A stretch of DNA of 36,513 nucleotides from a virus (lineage: Duplodnaviria > Caudoviricetes), in the IMG/VR virus record IMGVR_UViG_3300023174_000377, positions 1 to 36,513 of that record. The stretch is one strand, 5' to 3'. The translations under genes and the position numbers were made by a program. The notes under the pieces are model-generated. The model did no database searches. It had not been told where the DNA came from and saw only the letters and a list, made by a program, of their open reading frames with translations. This document shows, one piece after another, positions 28,220-35,733 of the stretch (positions are counted from its first letter, which is position 1; every line of letters starts with the position of its first letter).

Positions 28220-28430
28220 TTCGCCGACCAGATTCCGTCAATGTTACTGGTCGGCGAATAACACCCGTTGGGCGAGTTGCCTTTCCTCTCCCAGCGGGTG
28301 TTCTATATCCAATTGGTGTACCCTTTTAATCGGGTACCCAAGTTCGGTGGGGTAGATTGCCCGATGCTGTCTGTCCTCTCTCATAGACTCGCATTGTGTT
28401 GGCTCCCCCACCGAACGCCTTTAATTTATT
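28220..28430 (+). ncRNA. Candidate structured non-coding RNA (four tandem hairpins; may include a terminator)
   Basis: Stems 28220-31/28247-58, 28260-72/28290-302, 28313-23/28332-41 and 28342-52/28406-16. G-U pairs favour the + strand. T-rich tail follows. Confidence 0.55.
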
Positions 28431-28584
28431 ACCCCACTTAGTTTCAAATCACAGAATTATCTGATACCTTTAACGCAGGTTCGCAAAACACCTACACCTC
28501 AAAAGCGAGGTCAGTCCGATACTGACAACAATGAACCGTTACATCCAGTAACGATAAATCGTTCGCTCCGAACTATGGAGGATT

Positions 28585-29046
28585 ATGCGATTCTATGAAA
28601 CTGTTAAATTAAAACCTATTCACATCGCGCTAATCAGCGCATTACTGATTACAACTAATCCGCTTCAGATGCCAAGAGACCCTTCGGCAAAAGCAGTTGA
28701 AATAGTTGAACCACCTAAGCCTGTCTTGGTTGAAAGAACACCAGAGGCGGCGCAGGTCTATGCCAAAACTCAATTAGATAAATTCGGCTGGGATACACCT
28801 AAGCAATGGGTTTGCCTCGTTGATTTGTGGAGTGGCGAATCAAATTGGAGACCTTCGGCATATAACAAGCAAGCCGTTTACCAAAATGGCGAGCGCCTAC
28901 ACGCAGGTGGAATTCCTCAGATTCTAGGACTTGACCCAGATACTACGGTTGAGCGACAGATTGAAAGAGGATTTCTTTATATCCAATCAAGATACGACAC
29001 GCCATGCCAAGCCAATTCTTTCTGGCACAGAAATTTCTGGTACTAG
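28585..29046 (+). CDS. Secreted lytic transglycosylase (SLT/Rpf-related)
   Basis: Signal/TM segment; CL..LW..ES.W...A.N, GIPQ, QI..G..YI..RY..PC.A..FW....WY motifs. Confidence 0.85.
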   Translation: MRFYETVKLKPIHIALISALLITTNPLQMPRDPSAKAVEIVEPPKPVLVERTPEAAQVYAKTQLDKFGWDTPKQWVCLVDLWSGESNWRPSAYNKQAVYQNGERLHAGGIPQILGLDPDTTVERQIERGFLYIQSRYDTPCQANSFWHRNFWY

Positions 29047-29055
29047 AGTGGGCGC

Positions 29056-29346
29056 ATGGATGAAGAACAAAAAAAGCCTTCCGCAATTGATAACGCTCTC
29101 GCTGAAATAGCAAGAGTCGCTTTCCTTGACCCAGCCATTTGTACGGGCTGGGTCTTGGTAGCGGAATGGACAGATGGAACCTCTGAAGGATTCTGGACAA
29201 CTACTTTTACAGATGACCAGCAACCTGATTGGCGACAAAAAGGATTACTTCATCACGCACTAGATACATGGGGAGAGGACAACTTGTATGACGATGACAT
29301 TGACGGAGAAGGAGAGACTGGAACTTCTCCAGAAACTTCTGATTGA
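29056..29346 (+). CDS. Acidic hypothetical protein
   Basis: ICTGWVLVAEW...W...GLL motif; leaderless (TAGAGT-N6-ATG). Confidence 0.7.
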   Translation: MDEEQKKPSAIDNALAEIARVAFLDPAICTGWVLVAEWTDGTSEGFWTTTFTDDQQPDWRQKGLLHHALDTWGEDNLYDDDIDGEGETGTSPETSD

Positions 29347-29423
29347 GAGATTCGGCGAATTACCGACACGCCAAGAGAGCCAAATCACAAACAATTTGAA
29401 TAACTAACTCTAGTATTTACACC

Positions 29424-29744
29424 ATGAGTTTATTAAATTTTCTGGACAACGCACCGTGTCGCAATTCAGACCCTTGGCTTTTTGACCAATACCAATTAGA
29501 TTTAGCGCAGCCAGGATTGCAGTATTGCCGAAACTGTAAATTCTGGAATGAGTGTGATTCTCTAGTAAAGCCTGAGAGTTCTAATTATGATGGAATTGCT
29601 GGAGGCAAAGTGTGGCGCAATGGCAACTTATTGGCTAGGTTATCTTCTAATTCCCCGCATCCGTTAATTGTTAATGAGGAGAAAGAAGTATTTATTAGTG
29701 TTGAAACCTTGGCAGTTCGAAGGAGCGATTTGCTCACAGATTGA
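29424..29744 (+). CDS. whiB: WhiB-family Fe-S transcription factor (divergent)
   Basis: C...DP.LF...C..C.....C...GIAGG. Confidence 0.75.
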   Translation: MSLLNFLDNAPCRNSDPWLFDQYQLDLAQPGLQYCRNCKFWNECDSLVKPESSNYDGIAGGKVWRNGNLLARLSSNSPHPLIVNEEKEVFISVETLAVRRSDLLTD

Positions 29745-29964
29745 TACGGAGTTTTATTTTCCAGACCAGAACAAAGTCACAGAGGAAAATAAAAAAGTAA
29801 AAGCAATGTGTAGTGGATGTCTTTGGAAAAAAGAATGTCTGACCTACGCGTTACATTACTCAGTAGTTGGAACCTGGGGAGGGACCTCTGCCAGAGAAAG
29901 ACAAAGCATGAGAACAAAACTAAATATCATCCCGATACCTATAAACGAAGGAAAAATCAAATGA
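29698..29964 (+). CDS. whiB: WhiB-family Fe-S transcription factor
   Basis: C...D.E.YFP...K.MC..C.....CL.YAL....GTWGGTS..ER; exact start uncertain. Confidence 0.9.
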   Translation: MLKPWQFEGAICSQIDTEFYFPDQNKVTEENKKVKAMCSGCLWKKECLTYALHYSVVGTWGGTSARERQSMRTKLNIIPIPINEGKIK

Positions 29965-30395
29965 CTCAATTAACTATCACGGGAAATGTAGTAGCAGACC
30001 CAGAGTTGCGTGTAATCCCTAGCGGAAAAGCAATCGCAACCTTTACAGTCGTATCATCAAAATCAGTTAAGCAAGCCGATGGCTCATGGGAAAATACCGA
30101 TACAACATTTTGGGATATTAAGTGTTGGGGTAAGACCGCAGAGAATGTAGCCGAATCAGTCCAAAAGGGAATGTCCGTTATCGTGGTCGGTACGGCAGTT
30201 CAAGAGAATTGGGATGACAAGGCAACGGGGGCTAAGCGCTCAAAGATTGCCGTTACAGCATGGAATGTTGGTATTGACCTCAAGCGCCATGTGACCACGG
30301 CAAGCGTTGTTCAGCGTACAGATAACTCATTCAATCCACCTAGCACTCCCGACCCTTGGAGCGCTCCATTCGGTTCGGATGTTGCGCCTTTTTAA
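29961..30395 (+). CDS. ssb: Single-stranded DNA-binding protein
   Basis: GNVVADPELR, WGKTAENVAES and acidic DVAPF tail. Confidence 0.95.
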   Translation: MTQLTITGNVVADPELRVIPSGKAIATFTVVSSKSVKQADGSWENTDTTFWDIKCWGKTAENVAESVQKGMSVIVVGTAVQENWDDKATGAKRSKIAVTAWNVGIDLKRHVTTASVVQRTDNSFNPPSTPDPWSAPFGSDVAPF

Positions 30396-30447
30396 CCACC
30401 ATAGAGTATGCTAGGGGTTAATAATTTCCTTATGAAAGGGGAAAATC

Positions 30448-30747
30448 GTGGCTTGGACTGATTACTTCGTTAGCACTATCCCTGGCGCTAAAGTTGTTGT
30501 ATCCGAATCTGGCAGACCGTTCGTATCGCATAAGATTGATGTACGCGATTATGTAGAAATCGAATTGACCGAGACAGCCCATGAGTTGCCTTTTAAGATT
30601 TCGTTTCGCTCATTTGATTCACTTGGCGCTCAGACAGAACATCGTATGTACGCTCAAGCGGGTACAAAAGACATGGCTCGTATCTTTGCAAAAGAAATTA
30701 CCACTATGCGTTTGAATTGCAAGGAATTTGTCCTAGACGGAGAATAA
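30448..30747 (+). CDS. Hypothetical protein
   Basis: 99 aa; GTG after AAGGGG RBS. Confidence 0.65.
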   Translation: MAWTDYFVSTIPGAKVVVSESGRPFVSHKIDVRDYVEIELTETAHELPFKISFRSFDSLGAQTEHRMYAQAGTKDMARIFAKEITTMRLNCKEFVLDGE

Positions 30748-30779
30748 GTACAAAATTCACTTAATGCTAAAATCATTGG

Positions 30780-30938
30780 GTGGAAGATGACTACTCTGGC
30801 TTAAATCGCCATGGTGTCATGTCCGTTCTCGGTGCTTTCGCTGTGCAGACACATGAATTATTCTTGGAGTTGCAGGGCGCAGGGTTTAATGAAGAACAGG
30901 CAATCAAAATTCTTGTCGGACTAGCATCTAAAGAGTAG
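30780..30938 (+). CDS. Small conserved actinophage protein (52 aa)
   Basis: HELF..L..AGF.EEQA motif; leaderless (TAAAAT-N6-GTG). Confidence 0.65.
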   Translation: MEDDYSGLNRHGVMSVLGAFAVQTHELFLELQGAGFNEEQAIKILVGLASKE

Positions 30939-30947
30939 AGGGAAAAA

Positions 30948-32369
30948 ATGGCAGAAAAGCCAGACTTAAAGGAACTCGGCTCTACGGGTTTACGCCGTTC
31001 TGGTGGAACGGTTTACGAAGAATTCCTTGTTAATCTCCGTGGACTTCGTGGCGCTCGCGTTTACCGTGAGATGGCTGACAATGACCCAACAATCGGTTCA
31101 ATGCTTTATGCAATTGAGAAAGTTATTACACGCCTTGAATGGCGCGTAGACCCCTACTCAGATAATTCAGTAGATGGCGATGTAAAGCCTGAAGATGAAG
31201 AAGTCGCATCGTTCATAGATTCTTGTTTGCACGATATGTCGGATTCTTGGGACCAAACACTTTCTCAAATTCTTTCAATGCTCGTTTACGGATATTCCTA
31301 CAACGAAATTGTTTACAAAGTCCGTACAGGTCCAGAGGCAAAAGACCCATCTAAGCGTTCTAAGCACACAGACAATAAAATTGGGTGGCGCAAGTTGCCT
31401 ATCCGTTCCCAAGAAACCTTATTCCGCTGGCAGATTGACGAGCGCGGTGGAATTCAAGCAATGGAGCAGACCGACCCATCTTCGGGCGGAACACACATTA
31501 TTCCTATTGAGAAGGCTTTGCTATTCCGTACAACTACGGCTAAAAATAACCCAGAAGGTCGTTCAATCCTTCGTAACGCGTATCGCCCTTGGTTCTTCAA
31601 GCGCCGTATTGAAGAAATTGAAGCAGTCGGTATTGAACGCGACCTAGCAGGATTGCCAGTTGCCTATGTGCCACCTGAGTACCTATCAAGCGCGGCTACA
31701 GCCGAGCAAGCAAATGTCCTTGCAACAGTTCAAAACATCGTTACATCTATCAAGCGCAATGAGCAAGAGGGCGTTGTATTCCCAACACTTTACGATGATG
31801 CAGGACATAAGCAGTTCGACCTAGTTCTCTTATCTTCAGGCGGTTCTCGTCAGTTTGATACAGACAAGATTGTTCAGCGCTATGACCAGCGTATGTCTAT
31901 GTCAATCCTTTCAGACTTTATTCTTTTAGGTTCTGACCGCGTAGGTTCATACGCTCTTGGTTCAACCAAGATGGATTTGTGGTCAATGGCAGTTGATTCA
32001 ATTGCTAAAAATATTGCTGAGGTATTTAACCAATACGCAATTCCTCGTCTTATGAAACTTAATGGAATGGATGCTTCACGCGCTCCATACCTTACCTACG
32101 GAGAAGTAAGCCATGTTGATTTGACTGAGATTTCAGACTTCGTAACCAAGTTAGCAACCGCTGGAGTTCTTATGCCAGACCCTAAGTTGGAAGATTACTT
32201 GCGCGATTTGGCTGGATTGCCACCTGCTGAACACGATGGTCAAGAAGCCTACGGCGCACCTGCAATGCCAGAAGGAACAGCACCAGAGGAATTTGATGCA
32301 CCGCCATCTTTGGAAGAAGGACTGGACATTCCAGAAGGACAGGAACCGCTAGACGGCGATTTGGAGTAG
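30948..32369 (+). CDS. Portal protein (DUF935/Mu gp29-like)
   Basis: 473 aa; NPEGRSILRNAY..W, ERDLAG.P, GSYALG and IPRL..LN motifs; precedes MuF. Confidence 0.88.
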   Translation: MAEKPDLKELGSTGLRRSGGTVYEEFLVNLRGLRGARVYREMADNDPTIGSMLYAIEKVITRLEWRVDPYSDNSVDGDVKPEDEEVASFIDSCLHDMSDSWDQTLSQILSMLVYGYSYNEIVYKVRTGPEAKDPSKRSKHTDNKIGWRKLPIRSQETLFRWQIDERGGIQAMEQTDPSSGGTHIIPIEKALLFRTTTAKNNPEGRSILRNAYRPWFFKRRIEEIEAVGIERDLAGLPVAYVPPEYLSSAATAEQANVLATVQNIVTSIKRNEQEGVVFPTLYDDAGHKQFDLVLLSSGGSRQFDTDKIVQRYDQRMSMSILSDFILLGSDRVGSYALGSTKMDLWSMAVDSIAKNIAEVFNQYAIPRLMKLNGMDASRAPYLTYGEVSHVDLTEISDFVTKLATAGVLMPDPKLEDYLRDLAGLPPAEHDGQEAYGAPAMPEGTAPEEFDAPPSLEEGLDIPEGQEPLDGDLE

Positions 32370-32372
32370 AGC

Positions 32373-33383
32373 ATGGCAATTAGGTTCGGCTCTGGCTCTG
32401 ATGGCTCCAGAAATCCTCTCACCGCTGAAGAAGCGGCAATGGCTCGGGTTCTGGTCAATGCAATCCGTAATGCAACGGATAAAATCAAAGTGGATGAGTT
32501 GGCTCGTATTCTCGGGCGACTTGATGCCGATACTTTAGACCGCTTGCTACGCGCAATTTCTGTCAATGGAGATGCTCCTAAGATTGAAGCGCAGTTGCTC
32601 AACATCATTGACCTAGGTGGAAAAGAAGCAATCAAGGGGCTAAGAGATATTGCCCCAGCCTTGGCTTTGCCAGCATTTCTGCCTACACAAGTTCAAATTG
32701 CTAACCCTGAAGCCATGGCTAATATGGATTTTACAAAGATTCCTAATTGGGCAAGAGTCAATCCAGAGCCAATTGCTTTTAGTCTTTCTTTCAATAAGAC
32801 AAACCCTAACTCCCTTGCCTTCGCACAGCGTAGAGCGGGGCAGTTGGTAACCAGCATTGATAACCTCACACGCGAGGCAATCCGCAAGATAATTATTGAT
32901 TCATTCAATGAAGGAATTGATGTAAGGCGAACAGCCGTTCGAATAAAAAACATCATTGGTCTGCATCCAAAGTGGGCTGATGCAGTTCGAAAGTTTGAGA
33001 ATCGTGAATTAGACCGTCTTATCAAGGCTGGCATCAAAGAGGCTAAAGCAATTGAACGCGCCCAGAAATCTGCTACCGCTTATGCAGACCGTCTCAAGAG
33101 CGCTCGCGCTAAGACCATTGCTCGCACAGAGATTCAGATAGCCCAGAATGAAGGGCGCATGGAAGGCTATAACCAAGCCGATGAAGCGGGGTACATTGAC
33201 CCAGCGACTATGAAGATGTGGATTACAGCCCCAGATGAGCGCACCTGCGACATTTGTGCGCCCTTGAATGGAGAAGTCGTACCTTGGCTTGGAACCTTCT
33301 CTATCGGGCTGGAGAAGCCCATAGTCCACCCTAATTGCCGTTGCACCTTCGTTATCATCCCTCCAGACCGAGGCACACGATGA
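32373..33383 (+). CDS. Phage head morphogenesis protein (Mu gpF / SPP1 gp7; MuF)
   Basis: RAKTIARTE, K.W....DERTC..C..LNG and P..HPNCRC motifs. Confidence 0.92.
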   Translation: MAIRFGSGSDGSRNPLTAEEAAMARVLVNAIRNATDKIKVDELARILGRLDADTLDRLLRAISVNGDAPKIEAQLLNIIDLGGKEAIKGLRDIAPALALPAFLPTQVQIANPEAMANMDFTKIPNWARVNPEPIAFSLSFNKTNPNSLAFAQRRAGQLVTSIDNLTREAIRKIIIDSFNEGIDVRRTAVRIKNIIGLHPKWADAVRKFENRELDRLIKAGIKEAKAIERAQKSATAYADRLKSARAKTIARTEIQIAQNEGRMEGYNQADEAGYIDPATMKMWITAPDERTCDICAPLNGEVVPWLGTFSIGLEKPIVHPNCRCTFVIIPPDRGTR

Positions 33384-34186
33384 AGGTAATCAAGTTCGCG
33401 CCTGGGCTTATTCCAGTTCTCAAACACCAAGAGCATGACCAGTCTACCCATGGCAATTGGGCTGAAGGCTCAAGCAAGTCTGGTCTTGATGCAATGCCTT
33501 ATGAGTGGAAGCCTAAATTAAGTAAATCTAATATGACCGATGAGGAATATGCAAAAAACGCTGAAACATTAAAAAGCATTGCTGAGGCTCCAGTTTCTAC
33601 ATATCTTTATGGAAGCGAATTAGATTTAATTGTTAAAGAAGGTCGCTTCAAAAGCCTTAGTGAAATCCCAACGGGTACTGAAGGTTTAGTAATGGCTTCT
33701 GAAGAATATCGCCAAGGTAGGTCTGAATTAGAACATGATTTATGGGGTGTTCCAAAAACAGGAGTTCAACCCATCTATGGATACATGGATACTAAATACG
33801 AAAATCATCAACTCGGAGCAGGAATTTACGGAGATGTAAAAGTAACCTTGAAGGATAGTGTTTTAGGGCGAACAACTTTTACCGCTGGAGACAGCCTTAA
33901 TTCAACTTTAATTCCCATAAAAGTGAGTGATGCTCGAGCGGGAACGCTCAGCAAGCCAGCGATGGCTGCCTCATACACAAGCCAAAAATCAGAAACTTAT
34001 AGAGTGGAAACAGAATTAAGAAGCCCCGAGAGATATGGATATTTTGAGGCTCAGGTTCACGGAGGAATTTCTTTAACTGACATTAAATCAGTTAGTATCA
34101 GTCAATACTCGCGAGTAGCGCAAAGCACTATAGATACTTTAAGAGCGCTTGGAGCGGAGGTGATTAGGCTTAATGATAATCGTTGA
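33380..34186 (+). CDS. Tagged effector 1: DUF3626-like (putative ADP-ribosyltransferase fold)
   Basis: Tag KHQEHDQSTHGNWA; GRFKS, PIYG, YGD....LK...RTTFT.GDS and YFEAQVHGG motifs; ATGA overlap with MuF. Confidence 0.7.
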   Translation: MKVIKFAPGLIPVLKHQEHDQSTHGNWAEGSSKSGLDAMPYEWKPKLSKSNMTDEEYAKNAETLKSIAEAPVSTYLYGSELDLIVKEGRFKSLSEIPTGTEGLVMASEEYRQGRSELEHDLWGVPKTGVQPIYGYMDTKYENHQLGAGIYGDVKVTLKDSVLGRTTFTAGDSLNSTLIPIKVSDARAGTLSKPAMAASYTSQKSETYRVETELRSPERYGYFEAQVHGGISLTDIKSVSISQYSRVAQSTIDTLRALGAEVIRLNDNR

Positions 34187-35003
34187 TAGTCCTATTACTG
34201 GCAAGCGCGAAAACCTTACTCAAGCCCAGTTCAATAGTTATATGGCTCAAACCAATGGAGCCGTTCTTAAATGGATTGTTAATCCAGTTGCCAAGCACCA
34301 AGAACATGACCAATCCAGTCACGGTAATTGGGCTACAGGTCAAAAAGGTGGAAGTGGGCTAAGCCATAGGGAAATGTATAACCTTAAACTTAATCGCCCT
34401 GACCCATTGGTAAGAAAAGTTTATGATGCGGAAGAAAAGAACCACAACCAAATTCAAGATAAAAGAACAGAACAACCTTCTGCGCCGAACCGTTCAGATT
34501 TTGCTGAACGCTCCGAATACGATGCGGCATATAAAAAGTATTCAAAAGACTTTCTTTCTTGGTCGAAAAAGGTTACAACTTCTATAATTTCTCCTTTAGC
34601 GGAAAAGCATTTAGACGGAACACCTACTGGCGTTAATGGTTATGTTAGGGATTTATTAAGACAGGATTGGTTTGTTGAACAATTCGGGCGTGGTGGTAGC
34701 GCTGGAAATCCTGAAGTTAAAGTCTCATCTACTGGAGAGGCTGGAGCGTATCAAATTGGATTCAAGGGCGATAAACCTATAAGTATTTTGAGAGTCAATA
34801 GGGGTTATTCCAAAGCCGAGCCTACTATTATTCACGAAATTGCTCATTATGCTACAACGATTAGCGCGACTTCTCCTCACAATGGACACGGAGTAGAGTT
34901 TGCCCGAAACCATTTATTTATTGCAGGTAAAGTAATGGGTCAAAGTTTTGCAGACGGACTTGAAAAAGCATACAGAGAGGCAGGTATACCTCTTGGCGAC
35001 TGA
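34173..35003 (+). CDS. Tagged effector 2: HExxH metallopeptidase-like
   Basis: Tag KHQEHDQSSHGNWA; KVYDAE, WF..QFG, IIHEIAH and HGVEF motifs. Confidence 0.75.
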   Translation: MIIVDSPITGKRENLTQAQFNSYMAQTNGAVLKWIVNPVAKHQEHDQSSHGNWATGQKGGSGLSHREMYNLKLNRPDPLVRKVYDAEEKNHNQIQDKRTEQPSAPNRSDFAERSEYDAAYKKYSKDFLSWSKKVTTSIISPLAEKHLDGTPTGVNGYVRDLLRQDWFVEQFGRGGSAGNPEVKVSSTGEAGAYQIGFKGDKPISILRVNRGYSKAEPTIIHEIAHYATTISATSPHNGHGVEFARNHLFIAGKVMGQSFADGLEKAYREAGIPLGD

Positions 35004-35733
35004 AGATTACGGTTGGGAAATTATTGACCCGATTCATCCAGATTTAATTCCCGCACCTCTTGAAGAAGATGTTAAAAAGCACGGCACTCACAACCAGAAA
35101 ACCCACGGCAGTTGGGCTACTGGCGGAGAAGTAGTTACTGATATTGAAGAATGGAACAAGGCTGAGTTGGCTAAATATCCTTCTCGGGAAGCGCAAGAAA
35201 CTTATTTACTTGACCGTATTTTAAGTCAGAGAATGGAAGGATTTAATGGTCGTGAATATCACCGAGCAGTTGATTCATACCAATCATTGCTTGGCTACAG
35301 AATGAATGAAGCCCTCCGTGACCCAAATATCAGTACAGACCAAGTTGAGTATTTAATTGCTGGACTAGATGCCGCTATTGAATCAGCACCCTTAACAAAA
35401 GAACCAATGACCGTTTATAGAGGAATTAAAGGCAACGGCTTAGATTTCTTTGAAGGACTTAAAAAGGGTAATGTTTACATAGATAAAGGATTTGCTTCAA
35501 CAAGCCTAGATACTAATGTCGCCACAAAGTTTGCCGTCCAAGGAAATATGTACCAAGGTATAGTTTTGCGCATGAGGTTACCCGCTGGTACAGCAGGGCT
35601 TTTTCCTACTAGCGTTACTGGATTAACTAGCCTATCCTCAAGAGAAGCAGAGTTCCTTCTACCTCGGGATAGCAAGTTCAAAATCCTCAATAATGAGGGT
35701 AAAGTTTGGGATGTGGAGGTAGTCAATGATTGA
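34993..35733 (+). CDS. Tagged effector 3: VIP2/Alt-like ADP-ribosyltransferase
   Basis: Tag KHGTHNQKTHGSWA; MNEALR, VYRG, GFASTS and EAEFLLPR (R-STS-ExE); probable TTG start at 34993. Confidence 0.88.
   Translation: MATEDYGWEIIDPIHPDLIPAPLEEDVKKHGTHNQKTHGSWATGGEVVTDIEEWNKAELAKYPSREAQETYLLDRILSQRMEGFNGREYHRAVDSYQSLLGYRMNEALRDPNISTDQVEYLIAGLDAAIESAPLTKEPMTVYRGIKGNGLDFFEGLKKGNVYIDKGFASTSLDTNVATKFAVQGNMYQGIVLRMRLPAGTAGLFPTSVTGLTSLSSREAEFLLPRDSKFKILNNEGKVWDVEVVND

Noticed and set aside
28220-28584. tRNA or c-di-AMP riboswitch
   Set aside because: No cloverleaf with a T-loop and no ydaO consensus could be recognised.
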